Positions 35,600 to 47,858 of a stretch of 64,000 bases of DNA are shown here, piece after piece. This DNA comes from Octopus bimaculoides (taxonomy: Eukaryota), in NCBI RefSeq assembly GCF_001194135.2, contig NC_068984.1, positions 114,179,322 through 114,243,321 on the forward strand. The letters run 5' to 3'. Each line of letters starts with the position of its first letter. Position 1 is the stretch's first letter. The notes under the pieces are model-generated. The model did not search any database, was not told the DNA's origin, and worked only from the letters and a program-made list of their open reading frames with translations. Position numbers and translations under genes: made by a program.

Positions 35600-36422
35600 G
35601 CTCCCGCCATTAGACCCGTCACTACCACTCGGTATTGACATCACCATGTCCCCTTCCTATCACTTTCTACCTCTATCATGTAGCTCATGATGTACCAATA
35701 ACCAACATGTAAGTTATTTCCTTTCATTTTTCATACTGCACATTCTGGTTTGCTCCCTTTATTATTTTTTTTCCATCAACTTCTCAGTTTTGTGACATTG
35801 AATAAACAGAAACAGTGTAAAAGAGTGATGTAGAGAGAACTCTTTAGTCTCACTTGGAACAAGGAAACTTCTCTAGTATCAGTGCCTCAATAGAATGTAT
35901 ATCATGCACTCATTGGTTGGTCTCAAGGAAAAGTATCCAGCTGTAGAAATCATGCCAAAAATGCAAGATACAGCAAAGTGTTCTCCAAAATAACTGACTT
36001 GCGCCATAATGGTCAGCACAGAGAAATGTAAAACGATGATGAAACTCAATATTTAAGTAGGTCAAACTGCAAAACAAGCTAACTTAAGAATTATCTCCCC
36101 TTCTTACCAGTGCTGGTACAGTGACAAAGGCAAACATGCTGCTGTTTCTCTGAAGATAATTTCCCAAATATTAAAGGAGTATAATTTATTTTCAAGGATT
36201 CTAGACCAAAATTTCCTGACTACTAGGTCTAACCTAACTTTCACACACACACACACACACACACAAAAAAAAAACGCAAACTGCAGAATGGCTATTTTCA
36301 GGTGTAAGTTATATTTGAAAATAGCTCTGATCAAAACAGAAAAGGCATAAAATTAAAATTGCCAAACCAAATAGTCATATACTACAGGATGAACACCTAC
36401 TGCAGTCATTTGATTAACTCAC

Positions 36423-36614
36423 CAATAGCCAACTGTGCTGCCCTGCGTTTCTTGATTTCAGTTCTACAGAGACGTTTATCTGTCACTTTGTTTTGCGGAG
36501 TTGTAGGCAAAGAGGACGATGTGGCTGATGATGTGGTCATAGTCAGTGAGACAGGTGAAGTTGAAGGTGGACGAGATTTCTGTACAGGTTTTTTGTCATA
36601 TCGACTTCTGAATT
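36423..36614 (-). CDS. KANSL1: KANSL1 exon (KFRSRYDKKPVQKSRPPSTSP...KKRRAAQLAI)
   Basis: TTTTATTTCCAG acceptor, GTGAGT donor, 192 nt, phase 1 / 1, open frame. Confidence 0.85.
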
Positions 36615-36839
36615 CTGGAAATAAAATATAATAAAGTATAATAGAAATAAGTTAATACCTGACAATCTCCAACATATTTCTGTAAACCTCTTCTCAAATA
36701 TACATATATATATTTACATATATATTTACACATACACAAAGTAAATGTAATTTATCAGTTGTTAATTTTCTGCAACAATGGTTAAGACTAAGTTGCACAT
36801 TTCTAGAAATGTGCTGGAAGAACCATCTATTTTAACCAA

Positions 36840-37135
36840 GATGAGCGAGATCGTTGCTAGTGCCCCTGGACTGGCTCTTGTGCGGGTGGCACATAAAATA
36901 CACCATTTTGAGCGTGGCCGTTGCCAGTACCGCCTGACTGGCCTTCGTGCGGGTGACACGTAAAAGCACCCACTACACTCTCTGAGTGGTTGGCGTTAGG
37001 AAAGGCATCCAGCTGTAGAAACTCTGCCAAATCAGATTGGAGCCTGGTGTAGCCATTTGGTTTCACCAGTCCTCAGTCAAATCGTCCAACCCATGCTAGC
37101 ATGGAAAGTGAACGTTAAACGACGATGATGATGAT
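36840..37135 (+). mobile_element. RTE-type 3' UTR repeat ending CATGGAAAGTGAACGTTAAACG(ATG)n
   Basis: Shares its 3' end with the RTE fragment at 33050-33515. Other copies at 12410-12569, 56820-57143 (-), 59727-59865, 10250-10499 (-) and 62500-62570 (-). Confidence 0.8.
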
Positions 37136-37281
37136 GGGTATAATTAGAGTATGCAGCACTGTCAAGATACAAGAGATAACACGAATGACAGGATAAGAGT
37201 CATTAAGTCATTTTCATATCCATTTAGTGATTCTATTTATTTAAAGAAATAAATTTAATAAGTATTTGTAAAGACACTTAC

Positions 37282-37364
37282 TCGCTGATGACAGCAATAC
37301 TGCTGCAGCATTTTTCAACTTTTTGCTGGTACGTCGAGCTTCATTTTGTAAAAGTTTTTGCCTT
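37282..37364 (-). CDS. KANSL1: KANSL1 exon (RQKLLQNEARRTSKKLKNAAAVLLSSA)
   Basis: TATTTCCAG acceptor, GTAAGT donor, 83 nt, phase 2 in / 1 out, open frame. Confidence 0.85.
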
Positions 37365-37563
37365 CTGGAAATATAAATGATCAGAATCAAGTTGTGTAAA
37401 ATGTTTGAAAAGTCAAATGCCTGTAAGTAAAGCTTTATAGGGCTAAATTTAAAAAGAGCATTTAAAAAAAAATATTCTAAAATTCAATTTTTATATTTTT
37501 TCATATACTTGTACACAACCCTGTGCGATTCTCACTGCCTAAATTCAGAAAATTATATTAATC

Positions 37564-37995
37564 CAGGGGTTTTCAAACTTTTTGACTTTATATTTCAGGC
37601 TTTACCTTAGCATGAGACGGGTGTAATTTGGGTTTTAGAGGTTTGCTAAGTCATAGGTATTAAAAGAGTAAACTCCCAACCTTTATTAAGTTTATGAGAA
37701 GTAAAATGTTATTGTGTGATATTATTTGCATTGTTTCACATCAGTTTTTCCTTGCTGACTTGGTTTAGAGAGATCTGCTGCACAGTATATAAACGCTTAT
37801 GAAATTTATACATAAATATTTGCTTAAAATAACATATATTTTTACATTTATTTATTTAACAGTATTTAACAAATAGGTTTATTGCCAATTAAAAGATTTC
37901 GATTAAAAAACATATATAAAATCAAATTGCCCATAAAAAGTATTTGCTGTCTACGGACCCCCTGTGATCCGTGGACCACAGTTTGAAAACCCCTG
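37564..37995. mobile_element. hAT (Charlie-like) non-autonomous element
   Basis: 15-bp perfect TIRs CAGGGGTTTTCAAAC / GTTTGAAAACCCCTG and perfect 8-bp TSD TATTAATC (37556-37563, 37996-38003). Confidence 0.88.
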
Positions 37996-40900
37996 TATTA
38001 ATCTATATTAGCCACGTGAAAATAGAACATACATATGCTGTTTGTGATTCTTCCTACCTCCCACTTTTACACAAATTACTATGAAACTGATACTTTAGGT
38101 ATCAAATGTAAACTTTTTCCTTACATAGACAAGCACTATATGAATTATGCATTGTTAGTTTTTAACTTGTAAATTTACATTAAATTTATATTAAATTTTA
38201 CATTTAATATAAATTGATACAGAAGTGAATGAAATTTATACATATTTCCCCAAGATTGGTTACTAAATCGAATGAATTGATTTTTAAACAAATAACCTGA
38301 GTTCCATGCATTGAATGAAATGTCCTTCTCTATGACCTCCTTTCTGCCAACATTAACCACACCCAAAGTGATTTTAAGCCCTTTATCAACCCTTTAGCGT
38401 TCACATTACTCAACAAATTTGATGCTTATTTATTCACATTGTTTTGAAATAATCATGCATTATCTCATAGCTTTGATATTTCAATGATCTCATAGTTTAT
38501 TTTTAGAATGAATTTGTAGAGTTTGCGTTGTGTAAGAGGCTGGATCTGGCCAGTTTGAACATAAAGCAGGTAGAATACCTGGGCTGAATATGGCAGGTTT
38601 CAATGCTAAATACCTATTCACTGTACAAGAATCTCAAATTGGCTACATTCATCTATACACTTAAATCTTCATATGAATTATCATCATAGGCCCTTTTTTT
38701 TTTTTAATGGAAAACACATTTGAGGGCCTTTTTCAAAAAGGCAGATCATTGGCATTGTTACAAAGAGGTGCAAATTTTACCAGTTCAGATTAATGAACAA
38801 TTCTTAAAAAAACAAGACAAATTATTATGAGTTACTAAGAGAGGTCAGAGTGTGAATCATGATCACCACTCAACCATTTACTATAGTATACAAGATAAAC
38901 ATAGCATAATGACAGAGTAGATGGACACTAAAGGAATCGGTCAATATGACTGCATTCAGACATAATAGAAAAGGACGAAGACTGATGAGTGAAAAACTGT
39001 CCTGTCCTAATATTAGCAAAGTAAGACGGAAACAAGTGATGATATACTGTGCAGCAGATCTCTCTAAACCAAGTCAGCAAGGAAAAACTGATGTGAAACG
39101 ATGCAAATAATATCACACAATAACATTTTACTTCTCATAAACTTAATAAAGGTTGGGAGTTTACTCTTTTAACACCTATGACTTAGCAAACCTCTAAAAC
39201 CCAAATTACACCCGTCTCGTGCTAAATCAGACTTTCACCTGTAAAAACGTAATTGCATCTACTTAAATTGCTCCCAATTTATCACTTTCTATGTTATCAC
39301 TAGTAAATACTACTGAAGAAGTTGTAATTTACATTATCTTTTTAAATACAAAACTTTACCAAATGAAATAAAAATAAAGCACCCTGACACACACAAAACT
39401 GTAGGGTAAAATATGGATACATACAAACAAGAAATCAAAATTTATATTTTTAAAAAATCACATACACACACAAAATAAATTTCGGTCAAAAAACACCCAG
39501 AAAATTAACCATAACACTATACTTAGTTGAACAATTTCTGTAGGTTTTCTTTTCAATATTATTCTTTTCAGAGAAAGTTGTCTTTGTTTTTAAAACCATT
39601 GGAGAATATCACAAGGAAAAGCATAATTTTAAAAAATCTATTTTCATCTTATCTCTAATTTCTATGCAAGTTCTCCAAACTCAGATATTTACACCACAGG
39701 AACCATTCTATTCAAGTAAATTTCTAAGACTTCAATTTTATTTTCATTGCTTGTGATATTCAGAAATACTAACGCCCACTCAACTAAAATGAAACATTTT
39801 ATTAGTATTTTAAATCTACCGAGAGACAGAAACCTTTCAAAAAACATTTTTGAATTTAGCTGAACGTCAGTCATGTTGTATGTTCATCACTTTTGAGAAA
39901 AATGAGCGTTCATATAAGCCATTTTATACTAAAACTGTATACCAAAAGTGACAAATAACAGTTATCATCATGATACTTGCATGGGTTAGATGAATTTGTT
40001 GAAACAGATTTGCTAAGGCCTTCTAGTTACCAACCCTCAACTGTTTCTAAGCAAGATAATATTTTCTCTTGGTCAGATATGGAAATGAATAACATCATTT
40101 GTACGATGTTTGTTCACAACAAACGCGTAATGGTCCAGACAAGAGTATGTCTGCCTATTAAATCCATTCACAAGGCTTCGGTCAGCCTGAGGTTATAGAA
40201 AACACCCAGAATCCAAATATCTCTAAGAAGCAAACTTCTCAACTGCACAATCACATCTGCATTTTTTTTTTTCTATTCAATACGTTTCATACGGGTATGA
40301 TTACAGAATGGTAATCACCTAACAGAAAGCATTTTTCTTGTACAAGTTAGCCAGTTATCAGAGCATGATGACATTTCAGTTGATATACTATGTAGGTCAT
40401 GTTTATGAGAAAGTATAGTACAAATGAAATGGATTACTTCACTCTATGACCTCCTTTCTGCCAACATTAACCACACCCAAAGTATTTTTAAGCCCTTTAT
40501 CAACCCTTTAACGTTCACATTACTCATCAAATTTGATATTTATTTATTCACATTGTTTTGAAATAATCATGCATTATCTCATAGCTTTGAGATTTCAATG
40601 ATGCCATAGTTTATTTTTAGAATGACATTGTAGAGTTGATGTAAGAGGCTGGATCTGGTAAGTTCGAACATAAATCAGGCAGAATACTTGGGCTGGAAAT
40701 GGCCGGTTTAAATGTTAAAGGGGTAAAAACCACACGTATCATACTGCCCTCAATACAATGCATGGAACTCATAGGCTACTTCAATAACCAATCCTGAGGA
40801 AACGCATATATTTAAATTTTATTCACTTTTTATATTAAATTAGGTATTTAATCCAAAATAAAGCAATTTACAAGTTAAACATTAACAATACATAATTCAT

Positions 40901-41029
40901 ATAGTGCTTGTCTATGTAAGGAAAAAGTGGCAACATCAATTAACAAAGAAATGAGAAGATAAATAGATAAGTGGAGCAGCAGATGGGGTCTTAACAGGTA
41001 CAAAATAAGCAAAAGGTTCAAATATGTCC

Positions 41030-41080
<51 letters not shown>

Positions 41081-41098
41081 TCCCTTCCNNNNNNNNNN

Positions 41099-41972
41099 TA
41101 CACGCACACATACCCACACACACACATGTAAGCACACCTACCCCCCAACACACCACACACACACACAACACATGCATGCACTTCCACGCTCAGACTCGCC
41201 AACACACTTATACAAACGCACACACACACACACGCTAACAATCACGCAAACATACACACCCAAGCATACACACCCTTGCACACATAACCCATATATACCC
41301 CCATTCACACATACCTCCCACACATCTGACAACCCATACATACCCCCATTCACACATACCTCCCATACACCTACCACACACACCTTACATATATACCGCC
41401 CACACACGACAAACATACATGCGCGTCCTCACACACACACACACAGACGAACGCACATATACACACACACACGCACAGTGGTAGAGATACACACCTTACA
41501 CAGTCCTATACACACACCCATATATATGCGCACGCCTACATACACGTACATACACATGTACACACACACACAGGAGTGCACACACAAAATAACACACATA
41601 CCTGGCACACATNNNNNNNNNNACAGGAGTGCACACACAAAATAACACACATACCTGGCACACATCCTTACGCTCTCACACATACGCACGCACACACATA
41701 CACCTCTCACATACACAATACTCACTCACATACACGACACGCACGAAAACATACACAATATACAGACACGCACGCACACGGACACACACACGCACCCGTA
41801 CCTAACACTCACAACCCCACACACACACACACACACACGCACATCCACACACACACGCACTTCCCACCAACACAACACACTCACACAGACACGCATACAA
41901 TCACACACATGGGCATAAACAACACACGCACATACAATAGCAAACGCACACACACACACGTACACAGCAACG
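41099..41972. repeat. Long degenerate (CA)n / CACATA low-complexity tract
   Basis: Directly visible and flanked by N gaps. Source of the spurious His/Thr- and Val/Cys-rich ORFs. Confidence 0.95.
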
Positions 41973-43099
41973 NNNNNNNNNNNNNNNNNNNNNNNNNNNN
42001 NNNNNNNNNNNNNNNNNNNNNNNNNNNNNNNNNNNNNNNNNNNNNNNNNNNNNNNNNNNNNNNNNNNNNNNNNNNNNNNNNNNNNNNNNNNNNNNNNNNN
42101 NNNNNNNNNNNNNNNNNNNNNNNNNNNNNNNNNNNNNNNNNNNNNNNNNNNNNNNNNNNNNNNNNNNNNNNNNNNNNNNNNNNNNNNNNNNNNNNNNNNN
42201 NNNNNNNNNNNNNNNNNNNNNNNNNNNNNNNNNNNNNNNNNNNNNNNNNNNNNNNNNNNNNNNNNNNNNNNNNNNNNNNNNNNNNNNNNNNNNNNNNNNN
42301 NNNNNNNNNNNNNNNNNNNNNNNNNNNNNNNNNNNNNNNNNNNNNNNNNNNNNNNNNNNNNNNNNNNNNNNNNNNNNNNNNNNNNNNNNNNNNNNNNNNN
42401 NNNNNNNNNNNNNNNNNNNNNNNNNNNNNNNNNNNNNNNNNNNNNNNNNNNNNNNNNNNNNNNNNNNNNNNNNNNNNNNNNNNNNNNNNNNNNNNNNNNN
42501 NNNNNNNNNNNNNNNNNNNNNNNNNNNNNNNNNNNNNNNNNNNNNNNNNNNNNNNNNNNNNNNNNNNNNNNNNNNNNNNNNNNNNNNNNNNNNNNNNNNN
42601 NNNNNNNNNNNNNNNNNNNNNNNNNNNNNNNNNNNNNNNNNNNNNNNNNNNNNNNNNNNNNNNNNNNNNNNNNNNNNNNNNNNNNNNNNNNNNNNNNNNN
42701 NNNNNNNNNNNNNNNNNNNNNNNNNNNNNNNNNNNNNNNNNNNNNNNNNNNNNNNNNNNNNNNNNNNNNNNNNNNNNNNNNNNNNNNNNNNNNNNNNNNN
42801 NNNNNNNNNNNNNNNNNNNNNNNNNNNNNNNNNNNNNNNNNNNNNNNNNNNNNNNNNNNNNNNNNNNNNNNNNNNNNNNNNNNNNNNNNNNNNNNNNNNN
42901 NNNNNNNNNNNNNNNNNNNNNNNNNNNNNNNNNNNTATATATATATATATATATATATGTATATGTATGTATATGTGTGTGTGTGTATGTATTCCAACAA
43001 TCCATTCCTGCCTTTATTTGAATGTACATTTTGTCTTGTTTGCAACAAGAGGTTGAGTCTTCTACAGCATAGCATGTATCCCCTTGTTGAGATGCAACA

Positions 43100-43392
43100 T
43101 TGTGAGATCAATCTCAGTCGACATTACTTCAAAGTCTTCCTCAGTCTGCCATACTACGTTTGATACCCAGTTATATTCTCACCTTACTCATGCTTCTTTA
43201 CACAAACAGTAAAGCATACCAAATACATTTCTTTCTGATCTTTTCAAATCATCTGCATTCCAGACCTACTTCTCACTCCCCATATAGTATCATACTTTTC
43301 TTACAAGAATTACACAATCTGCCTTTCACACTGAGGGAGAAATTTTTGTTCCAGTAGAGCTAATAATTTCTTAAACTTTATCCAACCTGCTT
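43100..43392 (-). mobile_element. RTE-clade LINE ORF fragment
   Basis: Minus strand AGWIKFKKLLALL...SLSVKGRLCNSCKKSMILYG...ADDLKRSERN resembles the RTE post-RT region. Confidence 0.6.
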
Positions 43393-43516
43393 ATTATATT
43401 CTGGTCACTGTTTAGAACACCCAAACTATTAATAATTTGACAGTGAAATACAGAATGAATCTTTTTGTTATGAAGAAAAAAAAATCCTCATATTAACTTA
43501 TAAATATAGCAATACG

Positions 43517-43900
43517 TGGAGGTGCAATGGCCCACTGGTTAGGGCAGTGGACTCACAGTCATAGGATCGTGGTTTCGATTCCCAGACCGGGCGTTGTGAG
43601 TGTTTATTGAGCGAAAACACCTAAAGCTCCACAAGGCTCCGGCAGGGGATGGTGGCGAACCCTGCTGTACTCTTTCACCACAACTTTCTCTCGCTCTTAC
43701 TTTCTGTTTCTGTTGTGCCTGTAATTCATAGAGTCAGCTTTGTCACGCTGAATATCCTTGAGAACTATGTTAAGGGTACACGTGTCTGTGGAGTGCTCAG
43801 CCACTTGCACGTTAATTTTATGAGCAGGCTGTTCCGTTGATTGGATCGGCTGGAACCCTCGACGTCGTAAGCGATGGAGTGCCAACAACAACAACAACAA
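43517..43900 (+). mobile_element. SINE family A copy
   Basis: Family A consensus with (CAA)n tail. Confidence 0.9.
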
Positions 43901-44677
43901 TTCCAATACATTCACTTATATATCATTTCAATTATCTCATAAAACCTGGTTATTGTATTTATTAAATTCTGCTATAAATAGGTTTATATAATAAAAATTT
44001 TGAATTATGATGCAACCTTTTTTTTTTAAAATTAATTTTACTAAATATTACATCAGTTACAATTAAGTTTAAAACTGATTCAACACTTTCTCTAATTACC
44101 CTGAATTAATTGTCTACATTACTTCCTCTACCATCATCATCATCATCATGTTAACACTCATTGTTTCCATGTAAATGTTTACACTGGTCAGATGGAGTTT
44201 AATGAGGCAAATTCTTGATGGTTGGATATTCTTCCTGTCACCACCCCTCTTGTTTTCAAGAAAGGTAATTTTCCCCCATAGCCAGACATGCTTTCACAGA
44301 ATACTGGAAATGAAAGACACTGCTTGTATGATAGTGAAACTCACAACTACAGTACCAATTTAAGGAGATTCAAACACACATCATTTTAACAGCTACTTTT
44401 TCTGAGGCAAATTTTCTACAGCTGGATGCCGTTTCCTAATACCAAACTGCTTGTTTTACCAGACCCCTATACCTTTTTGTATGCCATTTATCACTGTTCA
44501 TATTTCAAATATAAAAAAAAATATTAAGGGCTCAGTCTTCACTGTTTAGCAGACAACAATCACTTGCAGTAAAGTGTAAGTGTTCAAATGAGAATTCCAA
44601 AAAAACAAATTGTAATTCAATAAAGGGGGCAAGGAACCCCTACATTCTCCACCAACCAACAGTCTAACCTATAACCC

Positions 44678-44970
44678 TTGCTGTTGTTGTTGGCACTCCG
44701 TCGCTTACGACGTCGAGGGTTCCAGTCGATCCGATCAACGGAACAGCCTGCTCGTGAAATTAACGTGCAAGTGGCTGAGCACTCCACAGACACGTGTACC
44801 CTTAACGTAGTTCTCGGGGGATATTCAGCGTGACACACTGTGACAAGGCTGACCCTTTGAATTACAGGCACAACAGAAACAAAGAGTGAGAGAAAGTTGT
44901 GGTGAAAGAGTACAGCAGGGTTCACCACCATCTCCTGCCGGAGCCTCGTGGAGCTTTAGGTGTTTTCACT
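44678..44970 (-). mobile_element. SINE family A copy (head in N gap)
   Basis: Reverse complement of family A. Confidence 0.88.
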
Positions 44971-45254
44971 NNNNNNNNNNNNNNNNNNNNNNNNNNNNNN
45001 NNNNNNNNNNNNNNNNNNNNNNNNNNNNNNNNNNNNNNNNNNNNNNNNNNNNNNNNNNNNNNNNNNNNNNNNNNNNNNNNNNNNNNNNNNNNNNNNNNNN
45101 NNNNNNNNNNNNNNNNNNNNNNNNNNNNNNNNNNNNNNNNNNNNNNNNNNNNNNNNNNNNNNNNNNNNNNNNNNNNNNNNNNNNNNNNNNNNNNNNNNNN
45201 NNNNNNNNNNNNNNNNNNNNNNNNNNNNNNNNNNNNNNNNNNNNNNNNNNNNNN

Positions 45255-45306
<52 letters not shown>

Positions 45307-45562
45307 ATCTCTTTTTTATTATTAACACCCACCCCTACTCCCTCATTTTGCCTGCTAATTTGTTCAGAACTGCTGCTCTTTCTTTAAATGATATCAGTGT
45401 TTTTTATTTTACCTCTCCCCCACTAAACACTCACTATGCTCTCCTTTTGTCAGCCACTTTACTCAATATAACTCCTCTACCTTCAGCTGAAAACTTTAAG
45501 AGTGTAACAGACATATAAATATATATAGACAGGTATACCCATCCAGACAAATAAACACATAC

Positions 45563-45659
45563 CTGCGTTCATTTGTTGATTTAGTTGGCTTAGGGGAAGG
45601 TTTGTTCTGCCATTCACCACTTTTTAACAGTGCTTCAAAATGAACAGGTAATGGAATTT
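45563..45659 (-). CDS. KANSL1: KANSL1 exon (EIPLPVHFEALLKSGEWQNKPSPKPTKSTNERR)
   Basis: TTTCTGTTTCAG acceptor, GTATGT donor, 97 nt. Phase 1 in and phase 2 out exactly bridge the neighbouring exons. Confidence 0.88.
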
Positions 45660-47065
45660 CTGAAACAGAAAAAAAAAAAATCACATGTGAGAAAGAGGGG
45701 GAGCTATAAAATACTCCAAGAACTTAAATGTATAAAATCTTCAAGAGTGTGCATGTATGAATTCATATATACTTTATCATATTAAAAACAGCTAGAGGCA
45801 ATGAAAAACTAAGTTGCTAAATCTAAAATTATATGAAAGACTAACACAAAAAACCTGAAGCTATGAAGTGTATCATTGAAGAGAAACAGAAAGGGTTAAA
45901 AGAAATAGTGAAGTCTGTACCAAATAAGGATAGTTTGATAAGCATCACCTTAAGTATGACTGGCTAAAATGAGAGGATTAGCTACTATAATTCAATAGCT
46001 ATTCAGAAATTGTCAAAGAGAATAAATATGAATGATAACTAAAATAATCAAATAGTTAAATCATAGCTAATGTAGGCTAATCAGAGTAGGTTTTAAAAAA
46101 TGATTGATTTACAAGGAAAGTGAAACATTCAAATAAACAAGAGGCTTTTATATATTCACTAAATTTCAATCATGATTTATGACTGACCACTGTCTATTGC
46201 AAGTCATTTTGTAAAATAAAAGGACTATAAACCTTTTGTATGCACTTGTTATCTAAAGTACGCAAAGTTCTCTTTAGAAAAGCAAATATTTAGTGAGACT
46301 ATTGTTCACAATTTCATTTATTTTTTAAAACTAAAATTACACAAGCGTTACAAATTTATCAAATCAATGCAACGTTTGAAGGTCAAGTTAAGATCAATAG
46401 CAGGTACAAAGAGAAAATTTTATTGTGAATTAATAGTTGTAAGATTGATTTTAAAATGGCTCATCATAGAGACCTACTAAAATGCAACGGTTTTGATCAA
46501 TATGTAACAAAGCAAAACAATGTACTCTCTAACACTTTTGGTACCAAACCACCTGAGACTGCTTGGTTTCATTGGATACAAACTTCCCCTTTTAGAGTGA
46601 TCTAAATTTAAATCTTTCAGCAAAATTTCATGTTATGTTCCAAGCACCAGCTTAATAGTAGTTATTTTACTAAATTCTTTGTTAACTGTAGCACTAATTG
46701 AAAGAAAGGTGGTATATTTCTACAGAAATATGGTAACAAAAAGGTTTTATCTTGTTTATATGACTATTGTTCTTGTGATATACACCAACAAAGATTTCCA
46801 TAAAATGCTAGTTCAAAATAAACTTTGGAAACCAAGTAATTAAAGTTAAAAAAAACTGGACAGAACATGATTTTAATTAAGAACTATACACCAAAATATC
46901 TATGCTATCATGATAGCATTGCACACACACACACACACACAGAGAGAGGGTGTGAGGGGTATTTGAGAACATTTCAATTTTAGTTCATTACACCTTCAAA
47001 TTATTTAATGTATCATTTTTTTTTCTTTCAGATAACCCTTTCAAGATATCACGCTAACTCAAGAA

Positions 47066-47858
47066 ATGAATAGACATGCAGTCGTAGTTGCTATACATGC
47101 AAACCACAGTGATTTAAAAATTAGCAACTTTCTAAATGTTGCAAGATCATTTGTACACAAAGTTCGGTTGGAACTGGAGATATGTGGTGACAATGTTTCA
47201 AAGAGAAAAAAATATTCACAATGCTCAGACACTAAAAGGACACCAGAATTTATACATGTTCAAAACATTATCAATGAAAACCCCAGAAGATCAATGAGGT
47301 CCATTGCTGACGAAAAAAACTCTGACCAGGACCAAAAGTCTAACAGAAGAAATGACAGGTAGTTATGTGCAGATCCTTCTGAAGTACCCAGAGTGATGCA
47401 CACAAAATTTCCAGCAACTGTGATGGTTTTAGGAGTGGTGAGTAGTGAAGGTCATGTGATGCCTCTCCACTTTTTCCCATAGGGTCTTAGAATCAATGCT
47501 GCTGAATACATTGAGGTACTGGAAACTGTTATCAAGTCCTGGATTGATGAAGTATGCAATGTAAGGTCATACATGTTTCAACAAGACTCAGCACCTTCTC
47601 ACAAAGCCCTAGTTACCCAAGAATGGTTGTCAGACAATACCAATATGTGGCCTCCAAACTCACCAGATTTGAACCCCATGGACAACTGTGTGTGGAGCAC
47701 TTCTGAAAGGGAGACTAATCGTCATCCTCATAATATCATAGCTTCACTGAAGGTTGGCATTGTCCAAGTGATGTTCGAAATGAATAAAGAACATAGTGTC
47801 AGTGGTTTCGGTCCTGCATTGAAGCAGTCATTGAAGCCGAAGGCAGTTTCATAGAATA
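47066..47858 (+). pseudogene. Degenerate Tc1/mariner-superfamily transposase, maT (DD37D)-like
   Basis: Translates to RSMRSIADEKN.DQDQKSNRRNDR*, KFPATVMVLGVVSSEG, FQQDSAPSHKA, MWPPNSPDLNPMD, with internal deletions and stops. Confidence 0.85.

Noticed and set aside
41572-41665. 41-bp tandem duplication either side of a 10-N gap
   Set aside because: Typical contig-overlap artefact.
43649-43840. Recurrent ORF MVANPAVLFHHNF...RVCGVLSHLHVNF (also 14243, 22265, 44617 and 55753)
   Set aside because: Incidental frame inside SINE family A, not a gene family.
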